Source: Holothuria leucospilota (lineage: Eukaryota). From it: 64,000 nucleotides of DNA. Every line of letters starts with the position of its first letter. Within the stretch, counting starts at the first letter, position 1. Shown piece after piece: positions 24,257-38,574 of this stretch. Position numbers and translations under genes: made by a program. The notes beneath the pieces were generated by a model. It was not told the origin of the DNA, did not search any database, and worked only from the letters and a program-made list of their open reading frames with translations. Location of the stretch: the NCBI GenBank assembly GCA_029531755.1, contig CM055964.1:35970802-36034801 (forward strand). The letters run 5' to 3'.

Positions 24257-27200
24257 GCCCTCAATCATCCTCTGCCCTAAACTTCGCTTTCATACCGAGC
24301 ACCCACCATTTCAACCAACAAATATATGCAAATACTGCGAGTGGACTTTCTTTTTGGGCAACCACTCATTATGGCAGCATCTATCTCAAAGGCAGGGTTC
24401 TACATGTATATGTACAGATTTTGTAAGCTGACAGACTGGCACATCTGGATACATGAAAACATCTGAGTGGCCCTGCATGTAACCGTTACTCCTACAGTAT
24501 ACTGATGTACCTAGCTAAAGTGATTCTCCATTGTTGCTGCTACATAGGAAGGTTGTCTGGCACCTTGGCATAAACACTAAATGTAAATATCTCTGTTATG
24601 CACTGCCGGTGCTAACAATGCTGTGCTAGGGCTTGACATAGGCTAACAGACAGCACCGATGGCAAAATGCTGTCTTGCTCTCAAAGTTTACTTTGCTGCC
24701 AAAAAAAAACACACACTGCAGACAGCAGGCATTGCCATCTTACCCTTTTCATTTTGCGGTCAGTGCCCAAGCTCCTTCAACTTTTCATTGCTAGTGATGT
24801 AGAAAATCCTCAAAGTACAAGTGTTGTTGAGAATTGCAAGTGTTGCAGAAAATGAAACAAGAAACACAAATAAGTTATTCAAGCCCTGTGTACTCCTGCA
24901 TTTTGTATGAAATTGATTAACAATAGTCAGGCAATGAATTTACACTTCTTTGTATTTGAACATCATTTTAATTTTATGAAAGAAATGTTTTAAGTAGGAC
25001 TAATTAACACAGCAGGACTGATTTTTTTCAAACTTATTCGGCTTAGACTACTGTTTTTACTTATAATTTTTGAAATTTTTCTGGGCGAAAGGGGGAACTT
25101 ACTTTAATGAACTGAGGGAGCATCTTTGTCAGGGGGTAACTTTGCAGGGGGGCATTTGTATTGGATGACTTTTCTAGGGGGTTACTTAGTTCGCTCAGGT
25201 GATGATTTGACTGACATTGCAAAATTTGCAAGGCTTACCCATCAAAACATCCCCTTTACCAAAACGTCCCCATACCAAAATGTCCCCAGGTTAAATCGTT
25301 GGTAGTTTATGACTGTTTTGTAACTATTTGGTCAGTTGCTTGTAGTGTTTTTATTATTACTAGTAGGCTACAGTTTTCTGTTTCTTCAAAGATAATGACA
25401 TACAAATTTCAATTTACAGCCTCAATCAGGGTTCTCCACTGGTCTGTTTTCTGTCCGGGGGCTCTTATGATCGCCATCCTGGGGGAGGGGTCTAAGGGGA
25501 GATGGGAAAATTTTGACAATTTAGGAGGGCTTAGAGCAAATGGTGCAATCTACAGCCTTGTTCTTAGCCTTCCCTATGTGTTCAGATCTGGGCATTTTGT
25601 GGTCCTTTTCTTTTTTTTTCAAATTGCATTTTCTAAATATCTTTGACTTTACTTGCTGATCTGAAGCTCCAGCTTCCACTTGAACGTATTCAAGAATGAA
25701 GTATAGTTCACTTTAATGGAAATTTCGGGTGAAAATCAGGAAACCTAGGGGACAGTTCAATTGAATGGTTTCGTTTAGTAAATGAGTTTGATGGTATTAA
25801 TGGATTCCTACTGTGGAAACATATGAAAGAAATGCAGTGGCCTAAGTGCATATTGAATGATATAACAGCTCAGGTGCAAGTGAGCTGGGTTTGCATCTCT
25901 GATGTTTTATTATACATTGCTTGTCATGAGTATTTGAAATCAAATATAAAAGGCAGTCAAATGACTAAGTTGTGGTGTTTGTGACTGAGGGTACAGACAA
26001 CTTCTTGACCGGGCCGGTCAATTTTCTGTGCGGGCAGCAAAGTTTTGTATAAGGGCTAAACTAGTGTAGCAGATTTTGTACTGGCAGAGCCCCTGACAAA
26101 ACAGCTAGTGGAGAACACTGCTCAATATTACTGAGTGGGTGGAGTTGGCTTGGAGGTTGAGTGTACTGCCGTGCATACTTGAGGCCCCTGGATCAAATCC
26201 CGAAGGAAATTGCTTGGTGTAGCATATGAACGCTGCCACCTCGGCGTAACTTTGGCCTCGGCTCTACATGGAATGCACCCTGGCACACATGGACTTCTTA
26301 ATATTAGGCTACGAACAGAACATATTGCACTAACCTCCCATTAGTATATTCTTTTCAAAATAATTTTGATCTCCTTTGCCACTGTTCCATAAAACATGAA
26401 TAGGCCTACATCAGGCTTTTTAATTTTGTCTTTAAAAAATAATGAAAATTTGGAGCATATTCAACACCTGATAAAATGGAAAAGATTGCACCATTTTGCA
26501 GATCTCAGCCCTTTCACAAAGCCAAAATTTTTCCAAAGGGGAGGGGACACCCCCAGGCCAGGGGCTGCAGCAAACAATGGACAATTTCAACAATTGGCAT
26601 AAAACTTCAGAAATTTCAAACTTTCCAGTATGGGTTATGGTGGAATTAGCCTAGTTCTCATGTACACTTTGTTCCCTGAACTAGACCTAGGCTACTGCTG
26701 TGCAAAGTTTTTCCTGCGTGCTTAATGTGAGACAGTAATTTCACTGACTCGGGCACCCGGGTCAATGACGCACAACTTTTCGTTTTGACGCACAGACACA
26801 AAACCTCTGGAGTCAAACTGACGCACAGCTTTTTCGCCCCAACAATCAGTAATGAAAAGCAATTTTGCCAATACATTCATTTTGCAAATTTATTCACAAA
26901 AAGTAGCACTTTCCAGTTCCCATATTGATTATCGACAGATTGAATATTATGTCTTACACGAAAAAGATAGTGGAAAAGCATCACAAATACAGAAAGTAAA
27001 CCAACAAAAAACAGCAACAAAGTTTGTTGTATTAAACTCAAATTTATTTTGACCCCTTCTCTTTTAAATTTGATTCTTGTAACTTATTTTGAAGGGTCTG
27101 TGACTCCTGACAAAAAATGATGTGTGAAAACCCTGGTGAGAGTAATGTTCATCGTCTCCATGTGTTTCTGCAATGATTGTTGTTACATACGTGTATGTGC

Positions 27201-27984
27201 GTGTAACAAGGTAACCATATAGCAATGGACTAGGCCCTATGTTCACAACTGAACAGCAAAGCGTGCTATTTAGCATGCAATAGTGTGAATGTCCTAGTAC
27301 CACAATTTAGCAGTTTCATAGAATGTTTAAAAAACAAAACAGGATTGTTTGTGTAAATCAAATTTTTTGGTCTCTTTTTGGACACTAGGCTAAGTGCAAA
27401 TAATCTTAGAAGGAAGGGTCTTAAACATTTAAAGGACCCGTAGAGGTCAATTACGTAGAAGTGTATGTGAATTTGAGAAAGACGGAGACTATTCAAAATT
27501 TCTGAAGGTGCAGTAGCCCAATTTTGCCAAAGGGTATATTGCTGACCTAGTGTGGGGAGCCACAGAGATACCCAAATACTAGGTCAGCAGACTACAAACT
27601 ATGGTGGAAGGTAATGATGGCGGAATGACACCAAGATCCATTCATATGCATGCAGGGATGTTTTTGTATTACACATGTAACACCACGAGACATTTTGGTA
27701 AAAAACAGGGCCATTTAGGTTGCCAAAAAGCAGGGACATTTTGGTAAAGGGATGTTTTGACTGGATACCCATTCCAACCTCACTGGATCTCAATGGAGAG
27801 CTAAACCAGTCTGGAAAGTTTGGAGCAATTATAGAATACCCCGCCACGCGAAAACACCCCCAAAATAAATTGGCTACTTCATTAAATTCCATACTCAGTT
27901 ATTTCGAGAACGACTCATGAATATAATATACCTGATGCACAAGGTGTATACATGTGGTCTTGCAAAAATAGACTAAGTCCACAG

Positions 27985-28260
27985 CTATTCCTCCAAGTGG
28001 CTACGCCGGCTACATCGGCTACACCGTGAAGATATGGGCCTAGGCCTATATTTACAAATACTTTTAATACATTTTGTAAAAAAAACCTAAGTTCAAATGT
28101 TTCTCCTTTAGTGGCTACGCCGGCTCCACCGACTACATCGTAAAAGTCATCCTACTGATGGAGTACACATTAACATAATATGCAGTTAAAAAATGTTGCA
28201 AAAAAGTCTAACTTCCAAAGCTTTCCCCTGATGTGGCTACGCCGGCTACGTTGTGAAGCA
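27985..28260. repeat. Minisatellite, about 3 units of 110-120 bp, each ending gtggctacgccggct(a/c)c
   Basis: aaaaa..cctaagttcaaatgtttctcctttagtggctacgccggctccacc / ...agtctaacttccaaagctttcccctgatgtggctacgccggctacg / ...ctattcctccaagtggctacgccggctacatcggctacaccgtgaag. Confidence 0.6.
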
Positions 28261-29182
28261 TGTGTGACGGTGCAGCTGGTTACAACATGGCCTTATTTCA
28301 TGGCGGGGTATTCTATAATTGTACCGAAAGTTTGTATTTGCTACACCGAATTTTTACGCCAGTCACCTCTTTTCTCAATTTTTACGCCACGCCAAATCGT
28401 CATACTGTGTTTTAAAAACAGATTTGCATCACCCCAGGTATAACTTTTAGCTGGGGGTAAGCAAAAGTCTCAGTTGGTGACTACTCTTTGATCGACATCA
28501 GAGTTACAAAATTCAAAAGATGCAGAGCAGCTCATATTACACAGCACGCACAGAGAATGTTTTGATTATACATGGGGTCTTTTATGCTCACCAGGATGTG
28601 GCCTTGAGCATTTTTGTGTCTGTACTGTCTTCCAGTTCCCTGGTCTGCACAAGGCGAAGCAGTAAAGACAATTATGAGCGGGGCTTACCACCAAGTAAAA
28701 GTCATACTTGGGGTGATGCAAATCCCTCATTAAGTACAGTATGTAAAAGACAAGAAAATCACGCCATCAAATCGGTGTAGCTTAGGCCTAAATGGTCTTT
28801 ACTGCACGCCGAAGATCTTCAGCGTAACATACATGTTTTCCAGACAGGGAGCTAAACAATGGATCAACTTTCTGTAGGCTTACCTCGAAAGTGGTAGCCC
28901 AACCTTGTAGTGAAACCTGATGCTGACTCAATGGGAAGCCACAGGACCTAACGTTAGAGTGACCAAAAATACACTGGAAAAAAGAACACTGTCCTCACAC
29001 TGTCACAGGCTACATCCTGCTCCTAGTCCTACGGTTCTTTGCTGGTAACACTAACACAACGGCCTTTAACTTTAAGTTACGTACTACGTAGGCCTAACGT
29101 TAGTCCTCAGTAAAGGACTGTGGTCCTTCGGCTATACACGGGCCTTTACTGAGGACTAATGTAACTTAGGCCTAGGGGTATC

Positions 29183-29744
29183 CAGTCAAAACGTCCCCAG
29201 ACCAAAACGTCCCTGCATTTTCGCTACCAAAACGTCCCCGCTTTTTACCAAAACGTCCCCGTACTATTATATATGGGAAGTCAAAACGTCCCCGTCATAG
29301 AGACTTTGAACATGATTTTAGGAATCGGTTGGAAACTTGAAGAAAACTTGAGACATGTTAAAAAAATTGAGTGTATGAGGATCGATTACGATAAAGTTAG
29401 GCAGGCCTAGGCCTACGATAACGTTAGAACTTACTAACGTTAGAACTGAGAACTGAGATGCTATCCGACTAACGTTAGGCCTAACTGTTAGTTTTACAAC
29501 AGACGAACGTAGAATGATTACCACAAACACTTTGGAATTTAACATAAAAGGTTAAATTTTCCAGAAAATTTCCATTTCATTCCAATAACTGTACTTTAAA
29601 AAATTACTTGAACTTCAGAGTAGGCATACTGTAAGGGAAGATAAAGGCTACCAAATCCGGGGACGTTTTTGCACGGGGACGTTTTGACCAATAGCGGGGA
29701 CGTTTTGGTACGGGGACGTTTTGGTCAGGGGACGTTTTGACTGG
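29183..29744. mobile_element. Foldback-like TIR element. TIR core: CCAGTCAAAACGTCCCC. Both arms contain 4-5 tandem GGGGACGTTTTG sub-repeats. The element is embedded in a CCTAGG/AACGTT-rich palindromic context
   Basis: 29183 ccagtcaaaacgtccccagaccaaaacgtccctg..accaaaacgtccccg..accaaaacgtccccg.. versus 29650 ccggggacgtttttgcacggggacgttttgaccaatagcggggacgttttggtacggggacgttttggtcaggggacgttttgactgg. Flanked by ggcctagg and cctaggcc. Related terminal fragments at 25243-25292 (same orientation) and 27690-27775 (inverse: gggatgttttgactggataccc). Confidence 0.55.
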
Positions 29745-30453
29745 TAAGCGGCCTAGGCCTAATGTTAGGCCTAACAGTAACATTAACTTACTACTTAGTG
29801 TAGCCTGCAAGCTAAAGCACAATTATCAATATTTTCATTTTTCAAAGCACAATTACGTTGAAATAACATGGCAAAGGCCACAAACAATACTGATCTACTC
29901 ACCGACTGCTTAAGTTGAAGTTTAAATCGACTTCCGTATAGCATTCGGCAATGTGTGGGAGTATACTCAGTAACTCAGGTCGTCAAGTGTTATTTCGTGG
30001 ACTCTGGCAGCATAGCAGGTACGATTATGGTGTACACATAATAAACTGCATGCAGCGGTAAAGCTTAGTATTTGAGCTCGTCTGTGGTAGGATCTAATTG
30101 GTGCTGGGCTCGTTTGGTGTTGGTTGGTTGTTTGTTTTCAGTTAAGCTTGTATGGACTTCAGGGCATCTTATGGGGCCTTAGCCCTCCTTTGCCCTTTAA
30201 CCTGTTATGTTATGTTATGTATGTGGAAGCACTGGACATACATAAATTGACATACATAAATATGCATCTCTGTGGACATGTGATTAACTACAGTGGTACA
30301 GGTTGGTATGTGCGCATGCTCATACTTTGCACGTTTTAATACATTTACAGACGTGTTCTTTGAATCTGGATCGTGAAATTGAAAAGCGGGCGAAGCGGGC
30401 GAAATTTTTTGATAGGCTTACACATAAAACATATGACGAAACGAAAAAAAGAA

Positions 30454-31097
30454 CTGTAGGGTTTGTAGACCGTATTGGGTGTAACATACATTGTATCGAA
30501 ACCACCTGGACTGCACGATGAAATAGCCAAACTCTGCTCCGTAAGTCGCTCACCAACTGACTGTACCGCATGACACACACACACAAGAGAACACCAACTA
30601 GGCTTTGCGATATATGGGATAAAAGTTACGACCTTCACATAAACTATGTATTCTGCCCATATGTTACTTGGTAAGGTGGACAGGACTTGTGCTATCCTGC
30701 TATGTGGAATGGAACTATTGAAAAAGAGAGTGACTCTACAGCGCGCGTAGCGCGCCGAAAATTTTGGGTTCTCATTACAGAAATTATCCTCTTGAGAGCA
30801 AAAAACAGGTAAACCGTCGATTAGTTGTCGTCTGGGACTGCGTACTTTGGACTAAGACTCCCCTATGAAACTCATATCAATTTGTTTCAAAACACTTTCC
30901 TGTCTAAACTGAAATGTGATATCTATGTATAATTCATGTACACGCTCATCCCGTACACTTGATTGGTCGTGTGGGCGTGACCAAATGTCCTGTTACCATT
31001 GCACAGACGTTCGCTGTACATACAACGCGCGCTCGGTGTAGAAGTCTATGAACCCTTCCCCCATCTGGCGCCACCGCTATTTTGACTGGGGGAGGAG
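30454..31097 (+). mobile_element. R1 family copy B
   Basis: Begins ctgtagggtttgtagaccg. Contains ctacagcgcgcgtagcgcgccgaaaattttgggttctc. Ends cccccatctggcgccaccgctattttgactggggg. ORF 30320..30586(-) is homologous to ORF 43420..43689(+) only because both lie in this repeat. Confidence 0.6.
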
Positions 31098-33924
31098 GTT
31101 AAAATACTGTACGTTGTGTTCCCTATATAGTTGCGGGGCGACTGTCAAAAACACTCTGCCAGAACAGATGACTGAAGTCGAATGTTTGCTTTTCATTTGC
31201 GACAGCAGACCGGTCATCGGTCCAAAGACGTCAAAAAATTGAACCGACTGACACTGCGTTATTTGACCTGGTGGTGATTTTATATAGTAATTTTAAAATG
31301 AAACAAACACCGATTCGTCTATTGTGACTTCTGGTCAACTCTTAGCTGTGGACTTTACCTAAGACTGGCTTTTTATTCCCATCACTAGGGCAACAGTACT
31401 CTAAAAGAAGAGAGTAATTCCAGACTATAAATATCATAGCGAAACGTATTTACGTACCCTCTTTTGTTCACGAGAGGATGGATACTAGAGGGTGGAGGGA
31501 AGGTTTCGTAGATGTAGCGTTTATGGAGTGTGAACAGATCATTATTTTGTAAGACCAAAAGACTAGCAGTGACCTTTTGGAATCAATATTAAAACCCAAT
31601 AGTAATACGTTGCATAAAGCACTAGCTAGTGAGTATGACGTAATATCTGAGTGCTTTGTGTTACTCTGAATGCCCAAGCACGCCACACGTGGTTCCAAGC
31701 GAAAAGTGATTAGAATGCCTGATTGTCACGCAGACATACTGTAGTCACATTCTCTGTAAAACGATTGCACTGTTCGGGTTTCGGGGCGGCCAATATAGGC
31801 TACCGTAGTCAAATATATTGCCGAAAGTTTCTGCGATACATGGCTAGACTGTTACGAGTGGATAGATCTATACTGGATGGGGGTAACCAAAATCTCCTGG
31901 GAATTGGACAACACTGTCATTACCTGTGAAACTGTCTGGTTTTTTTTTTTTTGCCAGTGTGAAAAAAAAAACATTTTTTGAAAAAGGGCACAATGGAAAA
32001 TTTGAGGGGGGGGGGGGTCCGGACGCCGGCGACCCCCCCGGATCCGCCACTGCTATTCGATTTCGAAACTGTCATCAAATTTTGCCTGTCCACCATCCCT
32101 CTTGCTTTACCTAAAAAGAAGGTGATATATCATATCTCCTCCCATATGGATATCGGGTAGTGAGAATCCCGTTGGTCCCTCTTTTGTATACTGTAATTAA
32201 TTTAGAACTCCTGGGAGGCTCTATACTGTTCTCTGTCAACCTTGGATATCCTTTTAAAATGTAAAGGAAAAATTTTTATTATAGTCCAAGAATGTTTCTG
32301 TGGACTCCACGCAGGCATAATTGCGTGTACAATTTTCCCATGGGCGTGGATCATGCGGGACGGGGGGACGCGTCCCCCTCACTTTTACATCGTCAAAAAG
32401 TCCCCCTCACTTTTTCAAAAATGATGGAACAGACTGCAATTATGCCTAGGAAAACGAAATTTTTAGAAGAAAAATAACCTAAAATCGTACACTTTTGTTG
32501 CACCAAATCGCATCTGAGGGCATTCAGTTCTAGAAAAATTTCCCTTAAACCCCTCCCCCATGCCGAAGATCACAAAACTTATTGCCTCCCCGTGACGCAA
32601 ATTCTGGCTACCACCAACTGCTTCTTCCACGCCACCAGGACGGCGATTCACAAATGTGAAAAAGCCCCCCCCCCCACACACACACACACTTTTGGAGATG
32701 GATCCACGCCCATGATTTTTCCTGGGACTTAAGGAGGTTTGAAGACAATATGTTAACTGTCTCTTACTCCCCTTTTTCACACGAACAAAAGTTAGAATTC
32801 ACTAAATTGTGGACATTTTCTAAACATAAAATCACTTTAGAATGACCCAAAGACACCACCATTTTGCATATAGGCCCCCTAAAATTAACAAAAATTTCTC
32901 AAAGGGGAGGATAAACCCCTTCCTGGGATTGCACTCTCATGTACTAATAAGAAAAGGCTCTCCCACTCTTGTATATAGCATATACAAAATCCCACTGCCT
33001 AAAAAGGCACGGTTTAGCAGTTATCTGCGGTTCCTCCAATCACCAACTCCCGCCGGCACCATCGGTCATAGATTTCTGAAGGGTATACCCTTCAGAAGTC
33101 CATAAAGAAGGTGATATATCATCTCTCCTCCCATATGGATGTAAGGTTGTGAGAGTCCTGTTGGTCCCCCTTCTCAGTGTACAATTAATGCAGAGTCTCT
33201 ATACCGAAAATTTTCGGCGCGCTTCGCGCGCATTTGTTTACGCTTATGGAGAGAGGTACGTTTTTATTGAGTGATGGATTTATTTTAATCACTTTTTACC
33301 AAAAGTCGTTTGAAATCTTTCACGATTTTAGCAAAGTCTTCTCAATATTTCTTGATTTTCACTTGATCTGGGCACTTTTAGCCTTGAATTTCTCCTTTTA
33401 CTATCAATAAGGAGCCAAACGTATTCGCATTACTCATCGGTGGGGTTCTACCATAAGCCAATTATTCGTGTGCATAAACGTGATTTCAGAGGAGCCAGCA
33501 TTGTAAGGATGTGAAGCAATTGATATTCATTTTTTCACCCTCCTCTTCTTATGAGAACTGAAAACTTAGTATCGAACCCACCTTCTAATTGATCACAAAA
33601 GGGAATTGACACCTTTAGTCATAGCAATGGTTTTAAATGTAAATTCAAATTTCGGCGCGCTTCGCGCGCAATTGTTTCATCTGACTTCCTAAACCCGAAT
33701 ACCGTATAACGAAAATAAAACACTCATTATGACAAAAATCATTTCAAGGTACCTGCACGGGCCTATAATGTTGGCGTGTAAGTTTTAAGATAACTTAGAT
33801 TCTCCGGAACTTCTGAAGGTACATACAGTAACTTATACTGAGCCATACACATCAAATTCCATGCAACATGAAAAGGTATAAAATCTCACTGACATAAGAA
33901 CTGGAGCCGATTTCTGTGCTCTTA

Positions 33925-34145
33925 AAAATGCAATATTGCGAGAGCTTCCGGGGGCTTCGCCCCCTGGACCCCCACCGGGGCTCCGCCCCTGGACCCCGCC
34001 AGGGGCCCTAACGCGGGCCCCTGGACCCCACGCGTAGGGACTCGCGCTTCGCGCTCGTGGTGCACCTTCGGTGCACATGAGATTTTCCATCCTGGCCCCC
34101 CCCCCCTCGAAATTTCTGGATCCGCGCCTGCTTTTATCAGTAGCT
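33925..34145 (-). mobile_element. 5' terminal fragment of a CAGTGGCG-family element, in inverse orientation. It is the paralogue of 23048-23275
   Basis: The reverse complement of 33925-34145 aligns to 23048-23275. Both include the palindromic core gtgcaccgaaggtgcac, cgagcgcgaagcgcgag, and the TIR-like ggcgcggatccagaaatttcgaggggggggggg (34110-34140). The ORF pair 23060..23272(+) and 33833..34216(-) share ..CTEGAPRARSAS..AWGPGA..RAPGGV.. for this reason. Confidence 0.6.
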
Positions 34146-35224
34146 TCGCGGGCCAGACGAATTAGTGGTCTCGCGGGCCGAAGGCTAAACGAACCAACAT
34201 TCCTGAGGTTCCTCACCCTTGCTGTATTGATCCACCGTACATACCCTAATGATCTAAGTTCTAGTGCCCCAGCAGGCTACTTACACATAGTGTTGTTTTA
34301 ACGATGGACGTGAATTCATTCATTTTACATTGACGGCGGCAGGAAGGTCCCCATTTTTCCTCAAAATCTCAAAGTCGTAACTTCTGGCAATTTAATAAAC
34401 TAGAACGTCGGCATGCCGATTTATTATCTCAAAATTAAGCATATAGCCTAGAAAGTTTCAAGTTTCCCGACGAAAATCGCCCGCGTCTAAATACCTCGTT
34501 GCTAAATCAAACAGGCTTTCCGCTGCCAACTTCGCGGCCGGATCCCCGGCCTGCTCCTGCTGGAATTAGCGCTACTCGACTCGCCTTCTGCAACTCCAGC
34601 TGTCCAGTGACACTAATAGCTGGTAATACCTTTCTCAAAGTGCTGAAAAAAATTTTCGTCTATATTCGGACGTGAAAGAGAATCACTTCTTAACGATTGG
34701 TCATCATTTAAAATTCCCACTTGAGATTGGGTCAATTTAAAAATATTCAGACTATCCCGCATGCGCGGAGCTTCAAATCGAATATTTTTTTCAATATATC
34801 AGACAGTCTCTTCGATGCATTATTTTGGTATCGTAATTTGTTTTTATAGATTCCCACCGTTCGTACGTTTCAAGAAGTCATTTGAGCATTTAAAGTCCTT
34901 CAGTTTAAGTCGAGGGGCGACAATGAGAATACGAAAAACTTTGAGATTTGAAAATGAAGGATTATGGTCAACCAAAATTCAAAACGAACAACTCGTCTCG
35001 AAAGTAGATCCGTACATACTGTTGTGTTCCACAACAAGTTTAATTAATTTTGAAAATCTGCCTTTAAGACGCCCTCTTTTACTGTACTTCCCGTAACGAA
35101 AGTAAAAGCAATCTGTGCTTATAGCGGACACCGGCTGGAAAAATAGGTCATGGAAGAACGTGCGGGCGACGCGGCTTCGTGACACCTGTTTCGTCAGAGT
35201 GGTCAAGTTTAAGGGCATTCCTGA

Positions 35225-35545
35225 GGTCAGACGCATCTTATGTTTTTCTAGATTTAGGCAAAAACTAATGGCCTGTACGAGAAGTGAATCATCTTATGTT
35301 TTACCAGATATTGGCAAAATGTAATGGGCCCTCTGATGACAGATGCGTTTTAACTTTACTCTATATTTGGGCAAATTTTAATGGGTTGTGTGCGTGGCAT
35401 CTAGGACGGTCTGGAATGTCAGGCACCACGGTGGTCAAGAATTTGTTATGTATTCTTACATTTGGGCAGAATGTTATGTTCTTTTAGATTCGGGCAGAAT
35501 TTTATGTTCTTTTAGATGCGGGCTAAATTTAATGGCTTTGACTCG
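35225..35545. repeat. Minisatellite with a period of about 57 bp. Unit: (g/t)catcttatgtttt(t/a)c(t/c)agat(t/a)t(a/t)ggcaaaa..taatgg(c/g)c
   Basis: At least 5 degenerate units are visible (35226, 35288, 35345, 35442, 35490). Confidence 0.6.
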
Positions 35546-37031
35546 AAGGAGTACTGCCACGTGGGTTCAAAGTGACACACTTATTAACTTTTCTCTTGTT
35601 TGGGCAAAAAGTTTACTTTGAACTATGCCGCCTTGCGTAGGTCTTACTTTTTTTGCATGCCCTTGGTAGAAGGCTTTACTGTTAGCATTTGTACCTTTAT
35701 GTTTTGCTTTAATTGTTTACGAATATTGGGTAATTTTGCTGACTCGAGCATTGGGCGAGGAGGCAAAATCCTTTAAAAGGGGAATGATTTCTCACCATCG
35801 GGGAGAAAGAGTTTGGAAATCACTTTGGTATCTAGACAGGGCTGGCAGCCTTAGAAGAGCTAGAGTTCAGAGACCTTGTCTCAGAAACAGGATTGGAACT
35901 TTGTGAATTTGTCAGTTTGAAACTTGTGTTATTTCCGAGGGAAAGCAAGGGAGCTAGTTCGTATTGTGACTTATTGAATTCGAGTACAAGTATCACTTCG
36001 TTTAAACTTAGCTAAATCGTGTTAGATTCTCGTAAAACTTTTACCATCTTTTGCCAGCGGATTTCCTTAATAAACTGTGTATTCTTTTACGTAAACCGCT
36101 CGTCGTCGTGTGTTTTCTGTGTACATTTTCGTGTCTATTTATTGAATTCTTTCTTCGGGGAGAACACAACAATACTTTGGTCTATGCAGGTCATGAACAA
36201 GCGTGTGTTTGTCTGATGTGTCTAGTTAATTATATTTGTCAATGGTGCGTTACACAGTACGTGCTATAAAGGTAGACCTATAAAAATACAAGTAAGCCAC
36301 TACATCCTAGGAAGCCATTTTCTAAGTCTCGTTGTCCGGCCCGTAAGGGAGCCCAATCATGAATCTTTCGTCCACACAAGCCACGTTCGACGTCTAATTG
36401 TGATTACTTTTGTAAAATATATGAGCAGTGCGAAAGTTTGCAAAGATTCTCATATTTCTTTGCTCTATTGCTGTAAATTCCTTAAATTTCTTCGAGTTAT
36501 ATTCTGTTCGCACCTGAACATTTGGAAGCTGAGTGATCCTGGTAAAACATCGTCAATGGCGACTTAATGGAATACAGGATTCTTCCACCTTTAATTCATA
36601 CGCTCAATGGAGTTCGCGTAGTGAAATGGATTACTTTCTTTTGCGCAATGTAAAAAATGTTCTATTTGGGAGTAGTTTGCCTTCCTAAATGATTAAGATA
36701 TAGGGATCTGAAATACGATTCCGTACACGTAGCCTTAGAGGCTACGTAACTACCCACTCAGGCAGACTATTCCACTCGTTAACAACTCTATGAGAAAAGC
36801 TGAACTTCCTAATGAATGTCGAGCCTTGCAAAACACTTAACTAGCTTCTTACGAACCCGAGAATCACATTGAACCTTTAAATAATTGCAAGATGACAAAG
36901 GATTCCTTTCAGAGAGAAATCTGTACACCTGAAGCATGTCCCCCCGAATCCTTGAATCCTACCAAACCTTCATTCCCATTAAGCTGTTAGTTCTGTGTGC
37001 AAAATCGCGATGGCTATAAAATACAGCTACA

Positions 37032-37927
37032 CAGGGGCGGATTTAGGGGGGGCCAGGGGGCCCGGGCCCCCCTTCCAAAAATTTTTGAAGTTTTTTCAAC
37101 TTCATCAAACAAATGACTATACCCTATTCCAATTAAATAGGCCTTTGTGATGTGTCAGAGTGAAATTCAAATTTGTTCATTATTTAAATTTCTACCTCAG
37201 AAAATAAGTCTTATGTTAATAATTCTGTTACTGACCTCCGGCTGATAACATTTTGGCTTATATTGGTCACAGTAGCTATTTCCGGGCATTGCAAGGGGTT
37301 ACCCATGAGCGTTGTATTGGATTGCTAACTTCAGTCTATTACCGGCCGGGCCCACAGCATTGGGAACACTGCTTCTACTTTCAAGGAAATTTCAGAATTC
37401 TTTAATATTTAGAGGAATATTTTCAACAACCTCAGGCTTTTAACTATAACTTGCTGCAACATTAGCGTCTTCTTTAAGCTTTGTCATTTACTTAAATGAA
37501 ATGTACTTCGAATTTAGGGTAATATAAGGAAAAACAAGACTTCAATTCGGGAAACTGCCATCCTAATATGTGGACAAAAAGGCTACTCTCCTCTTTCCTC
37601 CAACCAAAATTTAAATTTCACTAAATTATGAGCATTTTCCAGCCATATATGATCAGTTTCAAAAATATACTAAAGACATCAGCATTTTGCATTTGAGCAA
37701 TCTTAAATTAACAAAAATTTTCTTAAAGGGGAGGGGACACCCCTCCCCTTAGACCCCTCCCCCAGGACGGCGATCACTCATCACATACTTTACCCCCTAT
37801 CAAAATACCCTGCCACCACCCCTGGTGCACCGCCTCCCCCTTAGATCCCTCCCCCAGATCGGACTTTTATACAAACCACCATGACCTGGGCCCCCCCCCC
37901 TTCTGCCAAATCCTGGATCCGCCACTG
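37032..37927. mobile_element. ~0.9 kb member of the CAGTGGCG-TIR family. TIRs: CAGGGGCGGATTTAGGGGGGGCC and GGCCCCCCCCCC..CCAAATCCTGGATCCGCCACTG
   Basis: Terminal sequences are mutually inverted and match the family TIR. The internal region 37590-37900 carries the ...tttcttaaaggggaggggacacccctcccc..agacccctcccccaggacggcgatc motif shared with 41705-41936 and 40930-41520. Confidence 0.5.
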
Positions 37928-38574
37928 CTACATACATATTTTAATATAATGTACTGACTTACAACATAGGCTTAGGAGGCGGGGGAGGGGGGGTTAATCC
38001 TATGCTTCCCCCAACCTAAGGACGAAAACCCCTCATTTGTTTCCTTCCTGAGAAATCTTAAAAACTGCAGTAATTTACCTTAAAATTTGTCCAATGATGT
38101 TGCACTAAATTGCATCTAAGGAGTAAAGACCCTCAAATATTCAAAAAATTTCAAAAGGTCAGCTAGTATGAGAAAGAGAACGATTGAGAACAACACATGT
38201 TCAGATTTCGTAAATATATTCAGGGAAAGAATGGGGAAAAGTTTCAAGGAAATTAAATTAAAAAGAAAAGGTTGAGAAGCACCACCAGTTGTCGCAATGC
38301 CGTCGATGAATTAGGTATCTATGGCTATAATGTTCCCCTAAATACCATTCTTGTCTCCTCTGGTACGTTAAACCTCTCACCTCTGAGACAGAATCGAAAA
38401 TGTATTTTGTTTATTTTGAATAGTTACACATTTCAATATAAACTTTTTTGTTTTGCATTGACATGACTACAGGTAATGGTCCTGCACAGAAAGCTCAAAT
38501 TCTCGGTTTCGATTTTCTTGATACATATCATATGCTTCCGTACATCAGAATGTCCAAGCACATTTCTGTATGTC

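Noticed and set aside
30320-30586. 88-aa ORF homologous to the ORF at 43420..43689
   Set aside because: The homology arises because both are inside copies of dispersed repeat R1 in opposite orientations. It is not a duplicated gene.
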